NCBI GenBank assembly: GCA_002633005.1
Contig: NMRA01000060.1
Span: 289,472-353,471 of the forward strand
DNA length: 64,000 nucleotides
Direction: 5' to 3'
DNA from: Phoronis australis
Taxonomy: Eukaryota; Animalia; Phoronida
The position numbers and the translations under genes were made by a program. Numbering within the stretch: position 1 is the first letter of the stretch; each line of letters starts with the position of its first letter. Below, piece after piece: positions 39,476-52,018 of the stretch. The notes under the pieces were generated by a model. The model had not been told where the DNA came from. It ran no database searches and saw only the letters and a program-made list of their open reading frames with translations.

Positions 39476-40558
39476 CACCTGTATGCCTAGAGCATCCATG
39501 TGCAGTGTATTGTCTAATCATGTGCAGTAGCACCACAGGCTACACTTAACTTCGTGGGTTCCGCTGCGTCATCATCTGATTGGATGGCAAACCAAAAGTC
39601 ATTATCAAAAACCAATCGATGTCTTAGCCAGTTGAATTGTACCGATTACAAACTGCCAATAAATTTGTAAATTTCTCAATCCATATAGTTGGTATCTTTG
39701 TGCTTAGGAGATGCACAAAATTTGTCCCACGGTACAGATTTTAACATCGCTTTTCAAACCTTGAAATTGGGATTTTTCAACAAATTCTGCATAGTCGTAA
39801 GCCTTTTCAGAGACGTCACCATCCACATGGCTAGCATCTAAAGGTGAGTTTTTGAAGAAAAGGGTGAGTAAACAGATTATACATTTCTTCACGTACAATA
39901 ACTTGTTCTACCACTTAAATGTTTCAAGGCAAATAAAAACATGGGAGTCCACTACAACATGAATACTCAAGCCCAACTACTAGATATCAACTCAACAACT
40001 GATCATTCAACTCAAAAGATGACTGGCAACTCGCAGTCCATTAGTTTGTCATTGAGGTTATGAAGCACCCCATTAACTTATGTATGCATTTCAGCAACTT
40101 TATTTTAAATGTGGTAGCCCAATTCCCACTACTAAGCCAGAAGTTTTCACCTTGACAAAATATATTTTATATTTAAAACGTCACTAAAAAGCACTTACTT
40201 TCTTTAGCAATCCTTTCTGGATCGTGCATGAAACTTGTCTATGGTACTAGGAGCAATAATCGGTTTTTAGACAAAGACAGGTAGTTAAGTCAAACTTCGG
40301 GGAAAATGAGTTAATTTGGTCTGGACACAAGCTAACGAAAATTGATGTTATTATAGAAATCAGAATTTTTTCGCACTTGAAGACAATCAGTTATGTGTAT
40401 AACCCTAACACGTCTCAAGAGCATCTAACATTTTTCTAGTTACATGGCCAAGATAGGTTATCGATTCTCAAAAAATCTATTAAGATACAGATACAGTGGG
40501 AATAGCAATATCAATCTAATTTCCAATCGCAGTGTCAGTACAGAAGGACTTTTCTTTG

Positions 40559-40678
40559 GCACTGGTCGGATAAAGCGGTTCCTGATTTTGAGAACCAGTT
40601 TCATCCACTGAATAACGGGCCCATTATTCAGTGATTGCCTGGTTCTCAAAATCAGGGACCACTATATCCGACCAGTGC
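40559..40678. repeat. Palindromic hairpin element, copy A (family also at 45114-45217, 53970-54072 and 61694-61798)
   Basis: GCACTGGTCGGATA...GATTTTGAGAACCAG...CTGGTTCTCAAAATC...TATCCGACCAGTGC. Confidence 0.75.
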
Positions 40679-41042
40679 TATGATCAAATTATGTTGACCA
40701 ATAATGAGTGTTGACTAAATTACCTTGTAAGTCTTGTTATGGCAGTGTTATGCCTTAATTTTATAACTAATTGTGAATATTTCATGCTTCATTCGGTGTT
40801 ATTTGTTATATTTTAAATGAATAGCTTTTAATGGCGAAGCAGCCTACTGCCGCCTGTGAGTCGAAACATTTAAAAACCGGTGTATCAGTAAACGACAATG
40901 GTCTTGCGTTGGGCACCGCTTGAGTTGAACTTGTGAAGTCTTGTTGACGACCGCGTGACACAAAGCGGTAGAATTCACGCGCGCCAGCTATACACTTTGC
41001 AAAAACACGTGCTATAGTTCGAGATACCCAGAAAACACTTAC

Positions 41043-41150
41043 CTCCAGTACTCAAAAGGCCGCCTCCAACAGATTAAACGGACGAATTTCAAAAGTGCAG
41101 CTTTCGAAACAGGTAACTATTCGAACTGATCATCCGGGCGTTCGGGTAGT
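41043..41150 (-). other. Probable non-coding first exon of the Ig-domain gene (5' boundary approximate)
   Basis: Perfect donor GAG|GTAAGTG on the minus strand at 41042, inside a CpG-rich region. The signal-peptide exon has an acceptor, so an upstream exon must exist. Confidence 0.5.
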
Positions 41151-41273
41151 GACGTCATTGTCGCGCCCTCTATTAGTATATATTAAAACAAGTTCTCCAA
41201 CGCTTTCTGTAGGCGGCCAGGCAATCACGGTTCAACCTATGTTCAAAATCACTGCAGCTTCGTGGTTGGAAAA

Positions 41274-41386
41274 CATATGCGCGCACCCGGGGGGGGGGGG
41301 GGGGNGGGGGGGCAAGTGGGAAAACAGGTCCACTTGGTCAGAAATTCGAGCCTAACCCCCCCAACTAAAGGCTGGGTGCGCGCATG
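41274..41386. mobile_element. Small MITE in the promoter region spanning a poly-G and N gap
   Basis: Inverted termini ATGCGCGCACCC and GGGTGCGCGCAT. The N at 41305 sits inside the G-run, so the true length is unknown. Confidence 0.5.
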
Positions 41387-42576
41387 GAAAGCTTCACCCA
41401 TTTGCAACAAATTTAATTGGAAAAGGTTCCCATTGCGCGCAAGAGGGGACATAATATATAGCAGGTCGGAACTCGGCCCGGCCCTTAGCTGCTACTTGGT
41501 CCCCGCTCTAGTGAAGAAACTTTATATGCAATCCACTTACTGCTGACCTCAAGAATAGACCGGGCGAATAAATGACACACCTGAAAAGTCAATTTGAACG
41601 TGCCCGTCACGGTAGTGCACCATGAGTCTCAACTAAAGGTGTGGTGCTGCATAACTAATAACCGTGCCTGAGAGCTGTGTCTAAGGCCTAATTTCTTCTC
41701 TAGAGTGAGTGGCCTACGTGAAAACTGGGAAGGTGGGTTAATTTAAACAGCTAAAGCCCTGTTTTGATGGAATCATTGGCGTAAAGATAAAAGCTGGAGT
41801 CAATCAAAAACTTCGCTATGTCACACTGAAAGGATGTTCTGAGTACTGTTCTTGGTGCAACTGAAGTGGTCGTTCTCCGGCACAGTTCGTTAAAAGCGTA
41901 GGTCACGTTTGCGCGTTTTGCAGCCGGACTCGAAAGAACCGTCTGAGAGTCCAAACTGGAGGGTTGTCTTATCCAACATATAGTTTCAGGGGGAAATGGA
42001 TCCATGGAATGTCGTTTTTAATATGATCTGTTAATGTCATGAGGACAGAAACGTGCCGTGGTCTCCGCCGAAGTCACGCTTCTTAGTTGTTGAGGAGTGA
42101 GAGTCTGACTACTCGCCAGCTACCCTTCTGTAACAATGTGATCTTAATCGACTGTAGGACTATAGGGTGTGGACGAGTGTTCGCACTCCGGCGGTGACTT
42201 TTCTCAGTGGTTAAAAAGTCGATCGCGAACAGATCGAGCTTGTTATTACTTGTATTTTGTTTCGCAGACGATTCAGTTTCGATCGACTATGTCACGAGAA
42301 TCCTAAAGCGACTATTGGGCCACCATGTACAGTCTCTTCTGGCGGTAGGCCGGGATTACATCATATTACAGTGCGCCACTCAAAGTCACGGTTCTTGCAT
42401 TCGAAATTAATGACAGGTTCGCAAGGCCGAACGTGCCCCCATCAGATTTATTTACCAGTAATTGGACATAACTACAGTATCACTGCAATCTTTGAAACAT
42501 AAAAAATAATAAAAAATCTTCTTATGAAAAAGTGCGCAATTGCAGCAATGGACCGAACGTGCTCAACTATCCCCAA

Positions 42577-42841
42577 AAACATTGCGTGGCATCTTCTTAG
42601 TTGAAAGGTTCAAGAATATAAATGAATATAGTGTCGTAGTTGAAGCACGTTGCTCAGCCTAGTAAACACCTTTTGGTTTGAAAAAATGCAACACAAGAAT
42701 ACTCGGGCGACGCCGTGCTGTGTGCACGGGTATGTGCCGCCGGGTTAAAGTGTCAGAATACGGCCGCCGCAACCTGTTTTCTCGTTTTTGTATATATTAT
42801 ATCACTTGCATTGACTCAACATATACCGGTACATTCAATTC
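42577..42841 (+). repeat. About 260-bp dispersed repeat upstream of TTC39C; second copy at about 46247-46509
   Basis: Both copies share ATTGCGTGGCATCTTCT.AGTTGAA.GGTTCAAGAATATAAATGAA...GTGTCGTAGTT...GGTTTGAAAAA.TGCAACAC...TGACTCAACA...ACATTCAATTC. Confidence 0.8.
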
Positions 42842-43234
42842 TGACGACCGACAGCCTCCCGTTCAGTAACACTACGACCTCGCTAAAAAGCAAGACTTCG
42901 CGAGATTATATGCCGTGTACTTTAAAAAAACACGTAACTTTGGCTAGATTTTTAGTTAGGTCCTAGCGTTAGTGAATGTCGCACGCCAGAGAACATGGGT
43001 TAATCAGCGCTATCTTGAGGCTTGGGTCCGAGGCTGCAGATACTGTAATCACTACCAACAGATGACGCTGTATATGAAAACATCACGAGATCGAGGCTAT
43101 TGAATTTGGTCAGTTGTTTTACAGGACTGATTTCTTCGTTGCATAATATTGGACAATTTTCAAGAAAACAGCATAATAAATTAAAAAAATTGTGGTAAAA
43201 CTTGGCCTCCAGGGTCTTGCTGCAATAGTCAAAG

Positions 43235-43368
43235 ATGATGAGTGAGGCGAATTCAACAGAGGCGGTCTTCGACGATGACTTTGACGAGCATGGTCTCTCT
43301 GCCCGCGGAATCCAGCTGATTCTCGATAACAAATTCGAGGAAGCGCAGGCCCATTTTGCCGAGTACAA
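43235..43368 (+). CDS. TTC39C: TTC39C coding exon 1 (MMSEANSTEAVFDDDFDEHGLSARGIQLILDNKFEEAQAHFAEYK)
   Basis: ATG at 43235. The translation resembles the vertebrate TTC39C N-terminus as recalled (GINMLLNNGF..SDQLFKQY). Donor AA|GTGAGT, phase 2. Confidence 0.88.
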
Positions 43369-45113
43369 GTGAGTCTGTTGATTTATAGGCTAAATTAAAT
43401 CCCAGGTCACGTCCTCCCGGTGGTAGTGTCTCTAAAATAGTGGCAATGCTAGCGTATAGCATACCGAGGGTAGGGGTGCTAAAGCGAAATAGCACACAAT
43501 CGAATACGCTAGAATAAGCTAGTTGTACTAGACTAGGCTAGTCCCTTGGCAGTGGGCTACAATACTTCCCATCGGTCTCTACCATTTCTGTACTAATGTC
43601 GTCTCTGTAAATTTTAATTGGGCAGAGTCCAAATCTGTTCTTAAATGGGCCTAGTCTAGTCCAAATTCGGTCTTAAATGGGCGGAGTCCAAATCTAGTCA
43701 CTGAAGAAAAGGTATTCATCTCGTTAAAAATACATTTTACACTTAAAATTGTCACTTAAAGTCTTAAAAATGCTTACGTTTTCAGTGAACCTGTTGCTCG
43801 TATAAAGCATTTGCAAAATAAGAAAACGCAAGTTTAATTTTTCAAATGTAGGCCCGTCAAATAGACATTGCATTGCCCTGAATGCTGCATGCATGCAGGG
43901 AAGATAGTACTCCCCATGAAAAGTTAACTCATAAACATACATATATATGCGCATGATTTATAATTAACATATGACTCTGAATACAATTTAGTCAACATAA
44001 CTTGAACTTGAACCTATCCATGAAAATCTGTCACGGTACACTTGAGTTTCTCTTACCAGCTGCCATTTTGAGGCAGCTGCGTGAAATCACGCCTGCTGAT
44101 GACCAAAGAGTTCAAGGGACACAAATTCACCTAATTTCACCTGATATTTTCCCTTGCTAATTTGCAAGTGTCACGCACTTTGCTCGTCTTGTACTAGCCG
44201 TTGCCTAACTCACTGAGTTAGAATACTTTGTGGTTATCACAGTGAAAAAGTTAACAGTGACCAAAAAAGTGGGGTTGGAATTCTTCGCCAAAGTCACCTT
44301 AGTTCCCGTAGCTATGCTTCATCGAAGATATGTGTAGAAGCAGAAAGGATCACTGAAGAAAGTAAGCGCTTTTTAAGTGATCATTTTTTTGTGTAGAAAA
44401 TATTTTTGACGAGGTGAAAACTCTTACTCAGTGAACAAATTTCGCCTACCGCCTGTTTAAAATACATGGTACGAAATTAGTGCAGAAAGTAATGGGAAGT
44501 ATTGTATTCCTTAACTGGCCAACCAAGGGGCTACTTGTTGCCTACTCAAATATTAGGTGAAGTTGCCTTTTTATGCCATATTGTGTCATCGCGAGGTCCC
44601 AGCAAAAACAACAAAAGGCCCATAACAGTTGTATTGAATAGAGGTCTGAATAGAACACCATTGCATTTAGGTGATTTTCGCAGCTGTTTGAACTAAAATG
44701 CGATTCGCACGGTGACGGAGACAACAGCAAGCCAATGTTACTAAAGCTGCCTAACAGTTCATTAAATTTGGCAATTAATATCATTAGGGGTCTCAGAGCA
44801 ATGGTCTTAACATCCCGTAGGAACCAAATTTACAGGAGTTACTGTTCAAGATTGGCTTTAATGACTGTCTTCGTGATGCTTGTCTGTGGGAATTAAAAGG
44901 ATGTTGGCAAAGAATTTCAACTTCTCTTTTTTGGTCAATGTTAACTTTTTTAATTGACATCACGCAATTCTGGAATAAAAATTTCCTGCTTAAGTTATCT
45001 AATTAAAAGTTTCAAGTCTCTCCGGAAGATCCTTTATCTATTTTGTGATTTTTATTGAAGAGCAAGCAATATTCGGTAGAGAATCTATTGATAGCAGAGC
45101 TGATTTTGTAGTA

Positions 45114-45217
45114 AATAGGTGGTCCCTGATTAAAAGTGATTTGAGAACCAGTTACTCCTAACTGAATAATGGGAGCAGCTGGTGCTCTAATCACTTTTAA
45201 TCAGGGCCCCACCTATT
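45114..45217. repeat. Palindromic hairpin element, copy B
   Basis: AATAGGTGG.CCCTGATTAAAAGTGATT...AATCACTTTTAATCAGGG.CCCACCTATT with the GAGAACCAG core. Confidence 0.75.
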
Positions 45218-45653
45218 AGCATTACAGTGCCCTATATTTTAATTTTAACAGACTATATTACCAGGAGTCTATGAGAACCATTTGATCCCCTCACCAATGC
45301 TATTCTGAATCTCACCTTGGATGACACTGCGGATAATGTTCTCAAGAAATTAGTTGAACAGCCAGATTAATCAAATACAGCAACAGGGCTACTATTTACA
45401 ATTTTTTACTAATGTTTTGTCCGAAATATTTGACTTTCGTATAATGTAGGCCGGTTCACCATTAGTTGTGGACATTAATTATTGCACTGTTGGAACATCA
45501 TGACTTGCAATCAAGTATGATGTTTTTCGTCTGCGTCCAAGTAAACCCTGAAAACTAACAGTGTCCCGTCTTATCATTTCTGCTAGTACTGTTTGGTCTG
45601 TAGTTCTCTGCATATTTGACCTCTGTATCTGATGACAATACCTCTTGTTTCAG

Positions 45654-45702
45654 GGAGGTCAGTGCACAGATGAATGCAGGTCACAGTTTCGTCATGTATC
45701 TG
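45654..45702 (+). CDS. TTC39C: TTC39C coding exon 2 (EVSAQMNAGHSFVMYL)
   Basis: ttgtttcag| acceptor and |GTACGT donor. The 49 nt restore phase 0. Matches vertebrate HSPLMSFGASFVSFL. Confidence 0.88.
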
Positions 45703-45816
45703 GTACGTCTTTCATTTTATAATGCAGCATATGCACAAAAGACTGAAATAATCTGAAATACAAATTGACCAATATGTGAAATTAAATCATGACAAAATAC
45801 TCTGTTACGGCAATAT

Positions 45817-46233
45817 CCCCGTCACACCAGAGGCACAGTGTCACTATGGTTTTTGGTCAAAAGCGCCATTACCGCAGTGACACCGCCAGTAGTGTTTCAT
45901 AGTTTTTTCCTACCCGTCGTTTTTCTTCACTCCACGGGATCGCCGTAAGGTCGCCAGTCTAAGTTTTCGCCGACTGCACGGCGGTAGTACTGCGGAAGCA
46001 CGGCGGTGATGGAGGTGCTACTTTGGTCCTTGTACAGTACCATGGCAGTCATGACGGTCTCGCGACAATCCCACTGTGGGTTGGCCCAACCCGCGGTGGC
46101 ACTGCGGAAGTTTTGAACGTGTTCAAAGTTTCCGCCGTGCCACTGCAAAGGTCTGCAGCGATTAATGGTGGAACCACTGTGGTTTATGTCGTACAAGCAC
46201 CGCAGTGGCACCACACCTCTGGTGTGAAAGGGG
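45817..46233. mobile_element. About 417-bp GC-rich MITE in TTC39C intron 2
   Basis: TIRs CCCCGTCACACCAGAGG and CCTCTGGTGTGAAAGGGG, with internal CACTGCGG/CCGCAGTG motifs. Confidence 0.75.
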
Positions 46234-46695
46234 TATAAAGTTGCAGAAATATTGCGTGGCATCTTCTAAGTTGAAGGGTTCAAGAATATAAATGAACAGT
46301 GTCGTAGTTAAAGCACATCTCTCAGCCTAAACACCTTGACAGGTTTGAAAAATGCAACACCACAACATTTGGGCAGGGTGCTGTGTGTACCAGTTATAGT
46401 TTACAATGCTGGATGCAGCACATCAAACTGTCATCGGTGCGGTCAACGCAATTCTGCTTTCTCGTGTTACTGTTTAATTCACTTTTTGACTCAACACACA
46501 TTCAATTCATGAGTTTAGTACCCAATCCATAATTTCCAAATTTCACTTTTAAGCCTGAGTATGGTATATACACCACATTTTCAGAAACTTTTCGGGTTGT
46601 AATGTGTACCTATTTCAAAAGGACCATGAGTGTTCGTTTATCTCTATGTTCAACAATGAAACAACGTTTCTTTAAATGACTTTGTCTTATGACAG

Positions 46696-46833
46696 CGAGC
46701 TCTGATGTCGTTTGAAGATAGCCAGTTGGCAGAGGCCATGAAGGCACTAGAAGAGACGGAGAAGAGATGCACAACGACTGATGGGTTTGTGCGCTCTATA
46801 AAGAACAAAATTAGCGGCAAGCAGGGAATCAAG
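46696..46833 (+). CDS. TTC39C: TTC39C coding exon 3 (RALMSFEDSQLAEAMKALEETEKRC...IKNKISGKQGIK)
   Basis: gacag| acceptor and AAG|GTAGGC donor. Matches NAMMTFEEEKMQLA..LKTTEKLC..IKNKI. Confidence 0.93.
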
Positions 46834-48545
46834 GTAGGCCAAGACTTCCTCAAACATGCAGAATGGTTTAAGGAATTAGCTGGTGTATAAGTAGATACCC
46901 ACATATTTTGTGTGGTTATGGAAAAGTATTGGACTTAACACAGTCTGGCTTTTTGTGCAATTTAACATTTGATTATTCTTCACCAATTTAGCACACAGCA
47001 TGACCGACAATTGAAATTCTAATTTGTCACTTTTTACCTCAAAAATATTAAAAAATCTTCAGTCTATTTCAAGCATGGTTTGTACTATGGGAGGTCTTGT
47101 GACAATGTTTTTGGTAAATTTTCAATCATCTGCATTGAAGTTATAAATCTTTGAACAATGAAGAAAATGAGTTTGTCATTTATTTTTGTGCAAAATAAGT
47201 AGAGAATTACATAAGTGTATCTTGCAGAGTTCAAACATTTCAAAATTACACTGTTTTTGTTTTTATGTAAAAGGTAAATAAAGCGATGTTATATGTTGAA
47301 AACCAACTTTAAGCGACCTACTGTTTTCAAACCCATCACATCGTGTTCCTTACTTAAATTGAAAATGATTTCTTGGCTCAAGACAGACTGACAGGTCCTT
47401 ACTGTTTCTTAGCCATTAAGTTCACCCAGGCAGTATGGTCGTCAGAAATTCCAGACAATTTGTAATAATCGGAATTTCAATATGAGACATTTGATGGAGA
47501 TCTCTTTGGCATTGTGGGAACACAAAAGGACATGTTTGACCTAATTTTAAACTCTGGAGGTCAAGACAGCCAGAGTTAGTGAAGGTGAAATGCAATTATT
47601 TCTTTCATTCTTGGCATTTAAAAAAGTGTACTCAGCCGCCATCGTGGGACACAGCAAATTTTGTTGTGTTGCCGTTATATTGGACAATGGCTATTGAAAC
47701 AAAAGATGATATGGCAATGCTGTTTTATATGAGGCGTTGAAATTTTTCAGAACTGATAATTACTCGCAAATAGTTGCAGTAACGTTATGCCTGTCGGTTT
47801 CGTAAATGGGAATGTTTCGTGGAAAGCGCAGTAGATAGTAGAATTTTCTCTATTATATTGAGATAAGGATGATATGCACGAGAAAGAGAAGACTGCTTTT
47901 TTGAAAAATGCCAAATTTCTATTTAATGTTCACATAGTCATAGTGCTCAACATTAGCTGCTGTCTAATTGTCCCGGAGAACTCAAAATTATGTGCAGACA
48001 AGCTGAACTATCAAGTGGTCGTCTTGTAGGGCTGACCACAATGCCATCATTTAGCAGTGGGATGTAACTGTTCCTTTAAGAAAGAGTTACTGCAGCTAAG
48101 ATTAGGGCATTTAACTCAGTAGTGGTAGCCTGGGAGTCAGTGATTAGTTTCTTCTATCTAGATTGTAACTTTGGCTTACTTTTAGTGAAATGCCAGTCAT
48201 GTTTCACTTAAGCTTCGTACGTGGTATTATAGAGTTGCACGGCGACATCTCCATTGACAAGGCATCAATAGACTTGAAAATTTTTGATTCAACGGTCCTT
48301 TTGAGGAAAGAAATTAAGAAAATAATGACAGTTTGCCACATTTTATACACCATTGTGCCGTGACTGAAATTCAAAATGATCCCAAAAGAGACCCCATGTT
48401 TTTTTGAGTCTTATTTCTCAAAGAGTCCTCATGGGGCTATGTTGGTGAGGTCTCCTTCGGAAATCCTTTGTATAGCCAACACAAGCAACATGGTTTTTTA
48501 TTCGAAAAATGGTGTTTGTGAAGAAAGTCTTTTCTTTAATTGCAG

Positions 48546-49096
48546 GCTTCTTTATCTCTGGAGGAGCGACTCAAAAGACAAGTACTTTCTGCTGATGCCG
48601 TTTTGTTCCAAGCCATTCTCACATTTACGGGACAGGACCTGTCTAGTTACGTCAAGGGAGGCTGGCTGCTACGAAAAGCCTGGAAAGTTTACGAAAAATC
48701 CTACAAAGAGATCAAGGCCCTGCACGATGGTCTACCTCTGCCTTCTCCTGTCAGCAATGACAGCAATGACATCACTGGTTCACAGAGTTGTGTAGACTTT
48801 CAGAGTGCTCATGACACTAACTCTGTTGTCAAAGATGGCGGCATGTCAAGGACATTTTCTGTCCCTTCGACAGAGTCTCTTACAAAGATGGACGAGGTCG
48901 TTTCTAAGGAAAGCGCCGCCCGGTTACTCGGCGGAGTCAGTTTTGGCTATGGTGTGTTTCAACTATGCATCTCCATGGTACCAGCAAAAGTTCTCAAGTT
49001 GATTGAGTTTCTGGGCTTTACTGGGGATCGTGATGTTGGTCTGAACGCTATCGAGTTTGCCAGCAGGAGTACTGACATGAGAGCCCCAATGGCCAT
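48546..49096 (+). CDS. TTC39C: TTC39C coding exon 4 (ASLSLEERLKRQ...YVKGGWLLRKAWKVY...VSFGYGVFQLCISMVP...GFTGDR...DMRAPMA)
   Basis: Carries the hallmark TTC39C motifs KGGWxLRKAWKxY and FGYGxFxLCISMVP. tgcag| acceptor and AT|GTAAGT donor. Confidence 0.97.
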
Positions 49097-49774
49097 GTAA
49101 GTGCTGGTTTGGGTGAAATCACGTGTCTCAAAAAGGTAGCCACGGCAACCGATGCATTTTGTGGGCTACTACATGTAACACTGAGCCTCCAGTTTTGAAG
49201 TTTGATTCTGAGCTTGGATTTTTTGCCACTGATCTCACTAATTTCTTTGAAAAGTGGGTATGGTGCTTTAAAGCCATTATTGAGTGGGTCAAAAATGGCC
49301 ATCTTCAAAGTAAGATAATATAAGAATGAGGCAATTTATTAAGCCATGATGAACACATATGCGCTCTATTCTGGTCACAGTATAACCATAGAAAAAAGTT
49401 GTCTCAACTTGCCTCATTTCATGATTCAATTGTGCCTGACCTGTTGCAAGGTCAGTGGCCTTATGTGAATCAGGATGTCCCTAGATAATTATCATATTAC
49501 TGAAGCAGAACTCAAAATTGTTTATGTCATTGTTTGAAATTGTTATTTCAGTATAAACTACACTGTTAAAGTTCTTGTTTATGCCAGTTTGAATTTCGTT
49601 GTCCCAAATCGTAGATACTGTCCCGAACTTGAGAATAACTGAGTAACCTAGTTTTTGAACTTGGATTTTGAATTTTGGGCAAGGATTAAGTGCCCCTTAT
49701 GTGCAAATGAACGCCCGAAATGCAAGAACGTGATCAAAATTTTTAGTTTGTCCATATCATTTTCTGTGTTGTAG

Positions 49775-49845
49775 GTTGACATTGCTGTGGTACCACACTG
49801 CAATACGACAATTCTTCTCTTTAGATGGAGATGACAAGGAAGCAG
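49775..49845 (+). CDS. TTC39C: TTC39C coding exon 5 (LTLLWYHTAIRQFFSLDGDDKEA)
   Basis: ttgtag| acceptor and G|GTACTT donor. Matches LALLWYHTVVRPFFALDG. Confidence 0.95.
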
Positions 49846-50688
49846 GTACTTCTGCGATTATTCGCAAATTGTTATGTATTCGAAGCTGTATTTCTCCGTT
49901 TAGTGAGCTGAAACGAAAATCAGATTACGCTCTATTTCCGTTACTAAAAACAAAATCAAAACAAGTTTATTGGAGTTGGCCAACCTTAAATTTTCAGTTT
50001 CAAAAATGACGCTCATTCTGCTATGATTCAAGGTTGGATCAGCATGGTGGTGTTCTTAGAACCCAAAGCGCTTTGGTAAAGAATTAAACACTGATAGCTA
50101 AATATATGTAGTGCAGCTTTAACACTTTTGTGCTCTGTGATAATTAATTTTTTTTGAGTTAGTGAGGGTAAAGATTCTTCAGTTTAGAATTTATTTCTAA
50201 AATTGCCATTTTCCATTTTTCAAAGGGAAATTGATAACTAAGAAATGAATCAAAATGCCGTCTGATGATATGTCCACCATAAAAATTGAAGTAAAACTTG
50301 TTTTTGTTGAGAAATGTGATGAAATTCAACTTAGTAGTACCGTGAGGTAACATATTGAAATATATGAATTATTATAGCTAACCACGTTATTGTCCAAATC
50401 TGTAATATCCTTTATTGAGGTTTTATCTGATGTCATGAATACCTCTATTGAAGTAGCAAAGGAATACAGTGGTGTATTCACCAGTTGAAGGAGACACACC
50501 CACCGAGCTTGTTGTGTCCAGGTCTACCAAAGAACTGGAAGGCCATCTCTACTCGATAGATGTGTTCTTTTCTTTTCTGATCCTTTTTCCAACAAACTAT
50601 TTTTGTTTCTTAAACACTATTACTCAAACACTGAAGTTTTGTCCTTTTCGTTATTTATTTAGTTTATTTTTCACTTTCTCTTTTTCAG

Positions 50689-50786
50689 GTGTTCCAGAAG
50701 CTACAGAAATAATCGATGAGTGTGAAAGCAAGTACCCAGACTCTGCTCTATTTCTATTCTTCAAAGGCAGGGTGTTACGAACAAAG
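50689..50786 (+). CDS. TTC39C: TTC39C coding exon 6 (VPEATEIIDECESKYPDSALFLFFKGRVLRTK)
   Basis: Long pyrimidine tract with ttcag| acceptor; AAG|GTAAAA donor. Matches YPNSSLFMFFKGR. Confidence 0.95.
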
Positions 50787-52018
50787 GTAAAACATACTCA
50801 TGTGAAGTGTGTGTACAGAGATTGCCATGCTGCAATGCTAAAACAGGCATTAATGTAAATTCTTGATTTCGCAAATATTGTCTATGAAACGTGCAAGCGT
50901 TATTGCTCAATTTGTTGTGTATAGGCCTCTGACAGAAACAAAACAACATTGTATTAACGAAGAACGGTATTCAGTTATGATCTCTATTACACAATGAGTC
51001 CAACTTTTGATATTTCTTGACTTACAACTCTCTTCAAGAGTCATGATATGGTTTAGTGTTACAGTATGATTGTTTGCCTAGTTTGCAACTGTCTTTGCGA
51101 GATTTTCCACCAATAAACCAGCCAAATACAGGCCCATGAGCCTGCAGTTTTCCAAGTGTAGTCTCATGGGCATGTATTTGGAACCACACCAAAAATTTTT
51201 TTAATTTGTACGGTTTCCCAAAATGAATGGTGTCTCTGAATCTCAAAGTGAGAAACATAAGAGCTTATTTCAGTTGTTTTTGGTTTAATGCTAAGCAATG
51301 GCATCATTGGGGCCATCAACACCAAAATACACCGTATTGGCCCTCATTTCACATCAATGTGGGTGGCACATGTTCTGTTTCAAGGGCCCCTGTTCTCGAA
51401 AGTACACGCCGTCTTGTATTTGGAGTATTAGGTAAATACGATTTTCCAAATATATGCCATTCGACTTACTGTAAAAAGTTTTTGATACAGTGAAAACAAT
51501 GAAGTGGGGAATGAATGACAGGTTGCAATCTTCTAATGTAATGGTTTGACTAATTGCCTTGCATGGCATCACTTAACCAAATGTCAATCCTATCAAGATC
51601 CATCATCTGTATCAATTGCCAGTGATGTGTTTCACTCGGCTTGGGCAATTAGTATGATTGTAAAAATGCCACATGGTATGTGACTGATTAAATACGTTTC
51701 CCGTAATATTTTGAAATGTCTTTCGTTTTATCGAGAATTTCTGTTTTTCAGGTCAAGTCGTTTTTTTCGAAACAATCAATTGTCTAGTGGTTCTACTGCA
51801 TTTTGGACAAATGAAATGTGGCATATGATTTAGACTACTTATGATTACATTGATTACAAAACTGATCTTAACCTCTTCTCTGATGATAGATGATTTCTGG
51901 AAAGCACCGACAGTTTGTTACTATTTGGCTCATAAACCGGCCCTTTGACACGTGCTGTGTGCAACATAAGTTTTAGTTGTATTCAATATGGTGAGCAAGT
52001 TCCTTTGATTTATTTCAG

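Larger units (their letters stand above)
40840..43234. promoter_or_regulatory. CpG-rich divergent promoter region between the Ig gene (minus) and TTC39C (plus)
   Basis: CpG density is visibly higher than in the flanks. Palindromic CRE TGACGTCA at 41150-41157 and a TATA-like TATATATTA near 41177. Confidence 0.55.

Noticed and set aside
41289-41312. Promoter poly-G as a functional G-quadruplex
   Set aside because: The run contains an assembly N and lies inside a small MITE, so its length and context are unreliable.
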